A DNA stretch of 43,158 nt. Source: Actinomycetota bacterium. GTDB lineage: Bacteria; Actinomycetota; Acidimicrobiia; Acidimicrobiales; Ilumatobacteraceae. Of the stretch, positions 8,177 through 16,484 are shown in pieces. The notes beneath the pieces are model-generated. The model did no database searches. It worked only from the letters and a program-made list of their open reading frames with translations, and was not told the origin of the DNA. Where the stretch lies: positions 1 through 43,158 of the forward strand of contig JAPKZR010000288.1 of NCBI GenBank assembly GCA_026393695.1. The letters run 5' to 3'. The position numbers were made by a program, and so were the translations under genes. Every line of letters begins with the position of its first letter. Within the stretch, counting starts at the first letter, position 1.

Positions 8177-9151
8177 TCACCACGAGTACGCCTCGGGGGC
8201 CGAGCCACCTGGGCCAGGGAAGATCGCATTGATCGCAGCGAGTGCATCGGCATCGAGTGAGATGTCGAGCGCCCGAAGCGATGCGCCATCAAGCTGCTCG
8301 CTGGTGCGTGGCCCGATGATCGGACACGTGACACCAGGCTGATGCAACAGCCACGCCAACGCAACGGCGGCCGGCTGCTCGCCGAGTTGTCCGCACAGCG
8401 CTTCCCACTTCTCGAGCTGCGGGCCAATCTTGGCAATGCGCTTGAGCGCTTGCGGCGATTGGCGTCGGGCGGTGTCTTCGTTGCCCAACACGCCGCCCAA
8501 CAGGCCACCCGACAATGGACTCCATGGGATGACTCCGACGCCGTATTCGATACATGCCGGCAGCACTTCAAGTTCGATCGTGCGCACCAACAAGTTGTAG
8601 TGACTCTGCTCGCTGATGAGGCCAAGGAATCCGCGGCGACTTGCGGCTTCGTTCGCTCTGGCAATGTGCCAACCAGCGAAGTTGCTGCTGCCCACGTAGA
8701 TGATCTTGCCCTGCTGGGTGAGCGTCTCCATCGCTTGCCAGATTTCGTCCCACGGCGCGGTGCGATCCACGTGGTGCATCTGGAAGAGATCGATGTGATC
8801 GGTTTGCAGGCGACGCAGGCTGGCGTCGCACGCGGCGCGAATGTGTCGGGCCGACAGGCGACCGTCGTTAGGCCAATCGGTCATTGGCCCGTACAGCTTG
8901 GTGGCAAGTACAACCTTGTCGCGCCGATCGCCGCCGAGCGCGAACCAGTTGCCAACGATTTCTTCGGTGGCGCCAACGCCGAGGTGTCCGCCGTAACGAT
9001 TGGCGGTGTCGAAGAAGTTGATGCCCAACTCGAGCGCTCGATCCATGATGGTGTGCGAGTCGGCCTCCGAGGTTTGGGGTCCGAAGTTCATCGTGCCGAG
9101 GCACAGTTCGCTGACCTGTAGTGCTGTCCTGCCGAGTCGTCGATAACGCAT
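8177..9151 (-). CDS. Aldo/keto reductase family oxidoreductase
   Basis: MRYRRLGRTALQVSELCLGTMNFG...INFFDTANRYGG is the canonical AKR N-terminus, and the 324-aa length is typical. Confidence 0.92.
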   Translation of the reverse strand: MRYRRLGRTALQVSELCLGTMNFGPQTSEADSHTIMDRALELGINFFDTANRYGGHLGVGATEEIVGNWFALGGDRRDKVVLATKLYGPMTDWPNDGRLSARHIRAACDASLRRLQTDHIDLFQMHHVDRTAPWDEIWQAMETLTQQGKIIYVGSSNFAGWHIARANEAASRRGFLGLISEQSHYNLLVRTIELEVLPACIEYGVGVIPWSPLSGGLLGGVLGNEDTARRQSPQALKRIAKIGPQLEKWEALCGQLGEQPAAVALAWLLHQPGVTCPIIGPRTSEQLDGASLRALDISLDADALAAINAIFPGPGGSAPEAYSW

Positions 9152-9193
9152 GACGCATTATGGCCCGCTGTCGACCAGACGCCGTCGCATTAA

Positions 9194-9212
9194 TTGTCAT
9201 CGCCGATGACAA
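9194..9212. promoter_or_regulatory. Perfect 9-1-9 palindrome TTGTCATCG-C-CGATGACAA (operator-like) in a divergent promoter region
   Basis: Direct reading. It is embedded in an AT-rich stretch (cattaattgtcatcgccgatgacaaatactagattt) between the AKR start (9151) and the DUF1330-like gene (9280). Confidence 0.45.
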
Positions 9213-9279
9213 ATACTAGATTTGCGCCAACAACTTCGATGGGCAGCGAGCCATCGACTCAACGACTTCAGAGGACACC

Positions 9280-10116
9280 ATGACGAACACTCCCGATGCC
9301 GGTTCATCACAGCGCCATGCCGCCGTTCGCTACGGCCAGGTCGATACCGAGTACGCAATTCGTTTGGCCACCACACCGGCCGACGAAGACGGCCCGGTCT
9401 ACATGGTCAACCTGATGAAGTACCGCGAGAAGGCCGACTACACCGACGGCACCGAGCTCAACATCAGCGGCCGCGAAGCGGACGACCTCTATGCCCCGAT
9501 CGGCCCGTTGGCGGCCATTGGTGCGTCGATGGTGTTCCTCGCCGAAGTCGATACGCAGTTGCTCGGCGATGCCCCGATGTGGGATCGCATTGCCGTCGTG
9601 CGCTACCCAACAGGTCGCTCGTTCATCGACATGCAGTCACGCACCGACTTCAAAGAGAAGCACGTTCACAAGGAAGCCGGCATGGCCGAAACCATTGTGA
9701 TTGGCTGCACCCCAATCGAGGTGCCAAAGCCCGCCGAGCAGCCGTCATGGGCAGATGTGCCCCACCCAGCCACAGAAGACGATGGTCCTATCGTGGTCAT
9801 GCATGTCATCAAATATGTCGATGGCGGCTTGACCGACATGGTGGCGTACCAAAACGCTGCGGGCGCCGTTGCGGTGCCGCACGGTGCGCGCATCAACGGT
9901 TGGTACGACGTGCAGGGAACCATCATGGGCGATGGCCGCCAATGGGATCAGGTGCGGTTCAACGCATTCCCAAGCAAGGCTGCGTTCATGGCAGTGGTTG
10001 CCGATCCGGATCGATTGGCTGCACAGAAGGATCATCGCGAGCCCTCAATTGCCGACACCTACGCGCTTATCCTGCGTCCATCGATCAACCGTCTCGAGAA
10101 GTCAACAAGCTGGTAA
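9280..10116 (+). CDS. Protein with two tandem DUF1330-like (dimeric alpha/beta barrel) domains
   Basis: The two halves (VYMVNLMKYREKADY... and IVVMHVIKYVDGG...) each look like DUF1330-type modules. The family assignment is by pattern only. Confidence 0.6.
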   Translation: MTNTPDAGSSQRHAAVRYGQVDTEYAIRLATTPADEDGPVYMVNLMKYREKADYTDGTELNISGREADDLYAPIGPLAAIGASMVFLAEVDTQLLGDAPMWDRIAVVRYPTGRSFIDMQSRTDFKEKHVHKEAGMAETIVIGCTPIEVPKPAEQPSWADVPHPATEDDGPIVVMHVIKYVDGGLTDMVAYQNAAGAVAVPHGARINGWYDVQGTIMGDGRQWDQVRFNAFPSKAAFMAVVADPDRLAAQKDHREPSIADTYALILRPSINRLEKSTSW

Positions 10117-10213
10117 TTGGCGCCGAGCTAGCGATCTGGTTACTCGGATATGCAAGGCTCAGAGCGGGTTCGCCTCGTTGATGTCGCGAACCAATCGATC
10201 ATCAGGGGGATCC

Positions 10214-11812
10214 ATGAGCCACTTCACGCGGCCCGCATTCGCATTCGTATTCGCTGTAGCGCTCTTGGGTGTCTCGTCGTGTTCATCGTCGGGATCAAGC
10301 GGTGGCGACACCGCGGCGTCCGCCACGGTTGCATCAACCTCGGCTGCTACTGACGCGCCCACCACAACCGTGGCGCGGCCCGCCTTCAAGCCCGACGCTG
10401 TCGGCGCAGCCACGGTCACGGGCCCCATCACTGGCGGCAAGGGTGGCATCGTCATGGGAATCGGCGGACTCGATCTTGCGTCGGTTGGCTACACCCAAGA
10501 AGAGTTCTTCTTGTCGGGTGACGCTGCGTCGTATTCGTCGGCGGCGCCGTTGAGCAGCGATGGCAACTGGACGATTACCGAAGGCACGCCAGCGCCGTTC
10601 ACAACACGCATCGTTGTCCGTCGTCCCATCGACGCTACGAAGTTCAACGGCACCGTTGCGGTCGAGTGGCTCAACGTGACCGCCGGATTCGACAACGCCC
10701 CTGACTGGAGCTTCGCTCACACAGAGCTCATTCGAGATGGTTGGACATGGGTCGGCGTGTCGGCACAGTCGGTGGGCATCGTTGGGGGCGGCAACGCGCT
10801 CGGCGCAGCGCTGGCGTTGAAGGCTGCCGACCCTGATCGCTACGCAGCGCTCAGCCACCCTGGCGATAGCTACTCGTACGACATGTTCAGCCAAGCCGGA
10901 GCTGTGGTGCGTACCCAAGCAGCGCAAGTGCTCGGCGGCCTCGAACCCAAGCACGTGATCGCATTCGGAGAGTCGCAGTCGGCGTTCCGCTTGAACACCT
11001 ACGTGAATGCCGTTGCGCCGATTGCCAATGTGTACGACGGGTTCCTCATCCACAGCCGCGGGGCTGTTGGCGCTGCGCTGTCGCAGACACCGCTGCCTGA
11101 TATCGCTGCACCAGACCCAACGCTCATCCGCACCGATCTCGGCGTGCCGGTTCTCAACTTCTTGTCAGAGACCGACATGCTCGGCGACCGTCTTGGCTAT
11201 GGCCGCGCCGAACAGCCCGACACCGATTTTGTTCGCGCATGGGAAGTTCCTGGAACGGCGCACGCCGATGTGTACAGCCTTGGTATTGGTGACACTGACA
11301 ATGGCTCAGGTGCTGGCGATGCCGCACTGTTCGCTGCGCTGCTCACGCCGAACAGTTCGATCTACGGCGGTGTGATCAAGTGCGATCTCGGTATTAATGC
11401 CGGCCCGCACACCTATGTGCTGCGCAGCGCAATCGCTGCGTTGAACGCTTGGGTTTCGATCCGCGTGACGCCGCCGGCCATGCCGCGTATCCCGCTCAAC
11501 GCCGACAAGACCAGCGTTGTGCTTGACCCTGCCGGCAATGCAACGGGTGGCATCCGCATGCCGCAGGTCGATGTGCCGCTTGCCAAGCTCTCGGGCTCCG
11601 GTCAGACCGGCACCAGCTTTTGCGGATTGTTCGGCACTACGGTTCCGTTCTCTGCGGCGCAGCTTGCTGCGGCCTATCCCGATCACGCCACGTTCGTGAG
11701 CAAGTGGAATGCCGCTGTCGATAGCGCCGTTGCGTCGGGCGCACTGCTCGATGCCGACGCCAAGAATCTGAAGGCCGTCGCCGAAGTATCCACCATCGGC
11801 AACCCCGGCTGA
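10214..11812 (+). CDS. Secreted lipoprotein, possible alpha/beta hydrolase-domain protein
   Basis: MSHFTRPAFAFVFAVALLGVSSC gives a lipobox. AGGGGGA lies just upstream of ATG 10214. FGESQSAF is a possible nucleophile elbow. An in-frame alternative start is ATG 10181. The track ORF start at 9869 overlaps the previous gene and is rejected. Confidence 0.65.
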   Translation: MSHFTRPAFAFVFAVALLGVSSCSSSGSSGGDTAASATVASTSAATDAPTTTVARPAFKPDAVGAATVTGPITGGKGGIVMGIGGLDLASVGYTQEEFFLSGDAASYSSAAPLSSDGNWTITEGTPAPFTTRIVVRRPIDATKFNGTVAVEWLNVTAGFDNAPDWSFAHTELIRDGWTWVGVSAQSVGIVGGGNALGAALALKAADPDRYAALSHPGDSYSYDMFSQAGAVVRTQAAQVLGGLEPKHVIAFGESQSAFRLNTYVNAVAPIANVYDGFLIHSRGAVGAALSQTPLPDIAAPDPTLIRTDLGVPVLNFLSETDMLGDRLGYGRAEQPDTDFVRAWEVPGTAHADVYSLGIGDTDNGSGAGDAALFAALLTPNSSIYGGVIKCDLGINAGPHTYVLRSAIAALNAWVSIRVTPPAMPRIPLNADKTSVVLDPAGNATGGIRMPQVDVPLAKLSGSGQTGTSFCGLFGTTVPFSAAQLAAAYPDHATFVSKWNAAVDSAVASGALLDADAKNLKAVAEVSTIGNPG

Positions 11813-11874
11813 TCCATCCGCCTCGGCCGTCACCCTCCGCGGCCGTCGCCCTCATTATCCGCCGCAATCCCTTT

Positions 11875-11923
11875 TGCATGGGCGCGATTTGGGACAACTG
11901 CTGTCCCAAATCGCGCCCATGCA
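11875..11923. repeat. 49-bp palindromic intergenic repeat, copy 4
   Basis: Identical to copy 2 over all 49 nt. It lies between convergent genes (lipoprotein stop 11812, P450 stop 12015). Confidence 0.97.
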
Positions 11924-11993
11924 GCAAGGTTGAGGGCTGGGGGTGTTGAGGGCTGTGGCTGGGTGAGTTGGGGGGCGAGCGAGTGGGGGACGG
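11924..11993. repeat. G-rich tail of copy 4 with an internal direct repeat
   Basis: GTTGAGGGCTG occurs at 11929-11939 and 11945-11955. Further G-runs follow (GGGGG, GGG, GGGGGG, GGGGG). Confidence 0.85.
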
Positions 11994-12014
11994 CGCTGCG
12001 CTGCCGGACCCGAC

Positions 12015-13277
12015 TCAGCCGGCGGCCGGTCGCTGCACGATGAGCTCGAGATTTTTGAGACCTCGCAAGATATAGCTGGGCTCGTATTCGAACGTGTTGC
12101 CTGGCGCAAACTCGACATGCTCGAGCCGATCAGAGAGTGCTTCGAATCCGATGCGCGCCTCAAGCCTGGACAACGGTGCGCCAATGCAAAAGTGCGCCCC
12201 GAAACCGAATGCAATGTGTTGCGACAGGTTGTCGCGCTCGGGGTTGAAGGCTTCGGCCTCGGCGAACGTTCGCTCGTCGCGATTTGCCGCCCCAAACATC
12301 ACCCACAGCCGAGTGCCCTTCTTCAGCGGCACGCCCTCGAGTTCGGTGTCTCGGGTGACAACGCGAAACAGGCCCTGGTTGGGGCTGGCCATGCGCAGCA
12401 CTTCTTCGATGACTGCTGGGATCAAGGCGGGCTCGCTCACGATTCGCTGCCACCACTGAGGATGCTCGAGCAACAACTTCATGCCTTCGCTAAACAACTT
12501 GGTTGTGGTCTCGTTGCCGGCGACCATCAGTTGTTGCACGATCGAGAACATCTCGGCATCGGTGAGATTGCGGGTGGTTCCGTCGGCGTCTTCAAACGTG
12601 GCGCTCACGAGATCGGTGGTGAAGTCGTCTTGCGGATTCTGGCGTCGGTCGGCGAATTGGGCGATGAAGAACAACTGCGACTCGAGTACTCCACGAGCGG
12701 CTTCGACAACTCGCTCTGGTGTGAGCCGGGTGCCCAGCGAAGCCACTGCATCGTCGGACCATCGTTTGATGTCGGCCTCTCGCTCGGCAGGCACGTTGAG
12801 CATGTGTGAGATCACCCGCACGGGCAGCGGAATTGCAAACGCATTCATGAAGTCGACGGTGCCATCGGTGGGGAAGGCATTGATCAGTTCGTCGGCGAGC
12901 TCACGGATTCGCGGCGCAAGTCCCTGAATGCGACGCACGTTGAAAGCGCCAGCCACGGTCTTGCGGTAGCGGGTGTGTGTGGGTGGGTCAAGGGTGAGCA
13001 TGGTGTCGACGCGCGGTACGCCCTGACGTGACAATGCAACCAACTCGGCCATGAGCTCGGGCGGGGGAGCGGTGCCCGCATTCGACGATTTCGATGAGAA
13101 GGTTTCGGTGTCTCGCAGCACGACGCGCATGGTCTCTAACCGAGACACGAAGTACATGCCGGTGGGCTCGTGGCGAAACAACGGGCCGTGTTCGCGCAGC
13201 GCTGCGTAGTGCGGAAACGGGCACTGTTGAATCTCGCGATTCATCGGGTCGTACGTACTGAGATCGATCGTGGCCAT
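12015..13277 (-). CDS. Cytochrome P450
   Basis: Heme loop FGFGAHFCIGAPL and EXXR (EEVLRMASP). GAAGGGAAG lies upstream of ATG 13277 (MATIDLS...). The track start at 13334 is less likely. Confidence 0.92.
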   Translation of the reverse strand: MATIDLSTYDPMNREIQQCPFPHYAALREHGPLFRHEPTGMYFVSRLETMRVVLRDTETFSSKSSNAGTAPPPELMAELVALSRQGVPRVDTMLTLDPPTHTRYRKTVAGAFNVRRIQGLAPRIRELADELINAFPTDGTVDFMNAFAIPLPVRVISHMLNVPAEREADIKRWSDDAVASLGTRLTPERVVEAARGVLESQLFFIAQFADRRQNPQDDFTTDLVSATFEDADGTTRNLTDAEMFSIVQQLMVAGNETTTKLFSEGMKLLLEHPQWWQRIVSEPALIPAVIEEVLRMASPNQGLFRVVTRDTELEGVPLKKGTRLWVMFGAANRDERTFAEAEAFNPERDNLSQHIAFGFGAHFCIGAPLSRLEARIGFEALSDRLEHVEFAPGNTFEYEPSYILRGLKNLELIVQRPAAG

Positions 13278-13335
13278 GGCTTCCCTTCGCTGTTCGTGAT
13301 GATAGGTGTCTCGCTCGACCGCATAAGAGTGCAAA

Positions 13336-14277
13336 GTGTTCGGTACCGTTCGGGCGATGTCTTCGCCGGCCCTTCGTATTCACCCGTTCGGTAGCGAGCT
13401 GGTGGTGCAAACCCAATCTGAACAAGTGATTGCGGCCATTCAGCGCGGCCTCGGTCGCTATCCCGAAGGCCTCGCAATCGGCGGGTCGCTGCATCTCAAT
13501 GTGAGCGTGCACGAAGCTGGTGCCGGTGATCCAGGGTGGCCTGTGGTCGCCGCCGACATCAACGCCGAGCAACTCACGGTGCGTTGCGGCACATCCCACG
13601 CTGTCGTCAACTTTGCCGCTGGCATCGGTGAGATCTCGCTGGCCGAATCGTTGTTACCCATCGACGATGCCGTTCGGTTGTTTGTCGAGTCGGCCTTCAC
13701 CTCGATGCACGTTCATCACGAGCGACTCGTTGCGGTGCACAGCGCACTGGTCTCGCGTAACGGAATTGGTTTGATGTTGCGTGGCCCGTCGGGTGCAGGC
13801 AAGAGCACGCTCACCTATTCCTGCCTTCGTCGCGGCATGGGAATCACCAGCGACGATTGGTTGTACGCCGCGGTGCAACAGCCTGCAGGTGTCTTCGCTG
13901 GCTACCCATGGCGAATGCTGATGACCCAAGACGCTGCCGCTCGTTTCGATGAGATTCGTGACATCGATCCAGTGCCCCACACCTCTGAAGAGGGCTGCAA
14001 GATTGCGATCTATCCACCCGAGTTGCAGCAGGTGGCATTGCAAGAGGTGCACGCCGTTGTGTTGCTCGATCCCGACACCGAGTTCTCGCTCGCACCGGTC
14101 AGTCAGAGCGAAGCGACCGAGCGGTTCTGGGCGGCGTCGCTGCCCACCGAGCGCGAGCACATCTCGTCGCAATGGGCCGACGGATTGTTAGACCGACCCA
14201 CCTATGTGTTGCGGCGGGGACTCTCGCCATTGGCAGCAGCCGAGGCTCTCGACGATCTAGCCGCAAGCTTGCGGTAG
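13336..14277 (+). CDS. HPr kinase-like (HprK-related) P-loop kinase
   Basis: LMLRGPSGAGKSTLTYSCLRRG carries a Walker A in the position and context typical of the HprK C-terminal domain fold, and the ~300-aa size fits. Start is GTG 13336, or alternatively ATG 13357. Confidence 0.7.
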   Translation: MFGTVRAMSSPALRIHPFGSELVVQTQSEQVIAAIQRGLGRYPEGLAIGGSLHLNVSVHEAGAGDPGWPVVAADINAEQLTVRCGTSHAVVNFAAGIGEISLAESLLPIDDAVRLFVESAFTSMHVHHERLVAVHSALVSRNGIGLMLRGPSGAGKSTLTYSCLRRGMGITSDDWLYAAVQQPAGVFAGYPWRMLMTQDAAARFDEIRDIDPVPHTSEEGCKIAIYPPELQQVALQEVHAVVLLDPDTEFSLAPVSQSEATERFWAASLPTEREHISSQWADGLLDRPTYVLRRGLSPLAAAEALDDLAASLR

Positions 14278-15377
14278 AGGGTCTCGAAGGCTGCTGCAGT
14301 TGCGTCGGCGTCGTGTAGCGACGCCCACGCGTGCGCTCGTTGGGCGATGGCGGCGCGTTCGGTGAGGTCGTTCAAGAGTCGCAACACGCCCGCAGCAACC
14401 GCTTCGGCATCGTGCTCTACCGCCGCTGCTGCGGGCTCGGGTAACGACGCGAAATCTGACACGTGTCCCACCCGGGTACCCACTGTGCACACCCCGCTCA
14501 ACGCAGCTTCGACAACTGCAAGTGGACCGGCATCGTGCCATGACGTGTTGAGATGAAGTGCGGCTGATTGGTACAACTCGCGCAGGTCGTCGGGCTGCAC
14601 GAAACCAGCGAACCTCACTGCATGCGCAATGCCCAACGACTGGGCGAGCATCACGTGTTCGCCATGCATCGTGTCCACTCCGGCCAGTGTCAGCGTGGCG
14701 TCGGGTCGAGCTGCGAGCACGAGTGCGAAGGCGTGCAGCGCGAGGTATTGATCCTTCACAGCGTTGAGGCTGGCGACCTGAACAATGTGTGCGCCCGCAG
14801 CAGGTGTGCCCGCCGGACGAAACCGCGCCCGATCTGCGCCGAGCGGGATGAGTTCGTCGATGCGTGCGCCTGCTGCAGCGGCGTGCGCTTGCATCCATTC
14901 GGTGGCTGCGGTCGTGGCGGTGGGTAGGCGCAATGCCGCGCGGGCCAACAATTTGCCGCCGCGCGTCAGGCCGCCGCCATAGCCAATTTCGGGGATCGCG
15001 GCGAGTTCGCCGCCGCACAACGTGACCACCGACGGCACCCAAAAGCGACGACCGATCACCGCGGCAGCGAGGCCAGTAACACCAGCCCACAATCCATGCA
15101 CAACGTCGGGCCGGTTTGCCCGACCACCGCGGCCCGCAATGCGTACTGCTGTGCGTATGGCGCGCAACACATCGCTACGGCTGTGATTGCCGATGGGAAC
15201 GTTGATGACATCGCAGCCGTACAACGTCCATTCGCCCGGCTCAGGATTGTGGCCAATCGCAATGATGGTGACTGTATTCCCGGCAGCGAGTCGCTGAACC
15301 AAATCGTGGATGAAGGGAATCACCCGATCAGATCCGGGTTGATCCACGCCTCCCGGCACCACCAGCACTACGCGCAC
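14202..15377 (-). CDS. GT4-family (GT-B fold) glycosyltransferase
   Basis: MRVVLVVPGG... N-terminus and a C-terminal half with ...LHLNTSWHDAGPLAVVEAALSGVCTVGTRVG..., which resembles the GT4 E-X7-E region. GTG start at 15377. The 3' end overlaps the convergent kinase gene by 76 nt. Confidence 0.8.
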   Translation of the reverse strand: MRVVLVVPGGVDQPGSDRVIPFIHDLVQRLAAGNTVTIIAIGHNPEPGEWTLYGCDVINVPIGNHSRSDVLRAIRTAVRIAGRGGRANRPDVVHGLWAGVTGLAAAVIGRRFWVPSVVTLCGGELAAIPEIGYGGGLTRGGKLLARAALRLPTATTAATEWMQAHAAAAGARIDELIPLGADRARFRPAGTPAAGAHIVQVASLNAVKDQYLALHAFALVLAARPDATLTLAGVDTMHGEHVMLAQSLGIAHAVRFAGFVQPDDLRELYQSAALHLNTSWHDAGPLAVVEAALSGVCTVGTRVGHVSDFASLPEPAAAAVEHDAEAVAAGVLRLLNDLTERAAIAQRAHAWASLHDADATAAAFETLYRKLAARSSRASAAANGESPRRNT

Positions 15378-15415
15378 GGCACAGTCTGGCAGAGCCGAGA
15401 CGCTCGCCCTGTGAG

Positions 15416-15444
15416 GTGACTAGTGTTCGCCCATCACTAGTGAC
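15416..15444. promoter_or_regulatory. Twin ACTAGTG motifs (15419-15425, 15436-15442), also readable as the 9/10 inverted repeat GTGACTAGTG / CACTAGTGAC
   Basis: Direct reading. Two SpeI-type palindromes lie 17 nt apart in the divergent region between the GT4 gene (minus strand) and the nucleotidyltransferase operon (plus strand). Confidence 0.4.
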
Positions 15445-15588
15445 CTTCGCCGCCGACAACTTGAGTTACTGCAGGCCGTTCTCGCTCGTCTCGAGGGCGA
15501 ACCTGCGCGCCTCGAACCGTGGTCGCTTGATCAGGTTCAACTCACCGGACTCGCTACTGGACTGACAGCGCTTGCAGGCTCACTCGAC

Positions 15589-16482
15589 TTGTTCGCCGAA
15601 GCTTCGCCCGATGTCGTGGCGTTCGTTGCCGAGCAACGTGAGCAAGTGACCGAGCGAGTACGTCGGTTCAGCGAGTTGCTGCCCACGGTGATGGCTGCGC
15701 TGAAGCAGCACGCAGTGCCCGCGGTTGCGGTGAAGGGCGCAGCGCTGCTGCAGGGCGTGTGGGGCATTGAGGGCACGAGGCCCATGGCCGACATCGATCT
15801 CATCGTGCCCGTCGGGCAGCGGTCGCAAGCCGCCGCTGCGCTCATCGCAGGTGGGCTTCGGGCAATCGAGTCAACCGACTACGAAGACACGTTTCTTTCG
15901 TGGGGCAACGGTGATGTGGGCCGCACTGACGGCGAGTCGGCCGATCACAATGGTCGCGTCGAAGTGCACCCTGGTTGGATCGAGTTTCTGCATGGCTACA
16001 CAGTGCGCGGATTCGCTGTTGAGTCGATGCCGTTCGACCATGAAGCGCTTACGGTTCACGTGTTGGGTCACCTCGCCTCAACTGTGGTGCGCGCCGAGGT
16101 TCGATCCGTAAACGTGGTCGATGTGTGGTGGTGCGCACGGCGTCCCATCGATTGGCAGCGCGCGAGCCAACTGATGGCGCTCACCGATCCGCGACTCACC
16201 GCCCCCGGACTCTGGATGGTGCGGCAACTGATGCCTGGGTTGTTGCCCGACGCAGTGGTGTCACGCGAGATCGCTCGGCTGCCACGAGCGGCGCGTCATC
16301 TACTCGGCACCGCGTCGCCAGCAGACATGTTGCGCGACCCCGACACGCGCACGTCGTTCCGCTGGCGGCAGGCCTTTACGCAGTCGGTTCGCGAGCGCAT
16401 TGCGGTTGTTGACCAGATGGTGTGGCCCCATGGCTCGCGCAGCGTTGCTGCGGCGGCTCGCCGCCTCGTCGGACGACGGTGA
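15589..16482 (+). CDS. NTP_transf_5-like uncharacterised nucleotidyltransferase
   Basis: ...AVPAVAVKGAALLQGVWGIEGTRPMADIDLIVP... is the KG..L......R...DiDlLv signature of this family. The coordinate given is the first TTG. The frame stays open and protein-like back to 15424 with no ATG/GTG/TTG (see findings). Confidence 0.7.
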   Translation: MFAEASPDVVAFVAEQREQVTERVRRFSELLPTVMAALKQHAVPAVAVKGAALLQGVWGIEGTRPMADIDLIVPVGQRSQAAAALIAGGLRAIESTDYEDTFLSWGNGDVGRTDGESADHNGRVEVHPGWIEFLHGYTVRGFAVESMPFDHEALTVHVLGHLASTVVRAEVRSVNVVDVWWCARRPIDWQRASQLMALTDPRLTAPGLWMVRQLMPGLLPDAVVSREIARLPRAARHLLGTASPADMLRDPDTRTSFRWRQAFTQSVRERIAVVDQMVWPHGSRSVAAAARRLVGRR

Positions 16483-16484
16483 CG

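Noticed and set aside
7831-9121. ORFs 7831..8664(-) and 8342..9121(+), antisense or off-frame to the BVMO and AKR genes
   Set aside because: They overlap genes with strong family signatures and have no motifs of their own.
9222-10181. 319-aa plus-strand ORF overlapping the DUF1330-like gene in another frame
   Set aside because: Extreme Arg/His/Cys-rich composition characteristic of an off-frame reading of GC-rich coding DNA.
14257-15090. 277-aa minus-strand ORF in an alternative frame of the GT4 gene
   Set aside because: Arg-rich off-frame product. The GT4 frame carries the family motifs.
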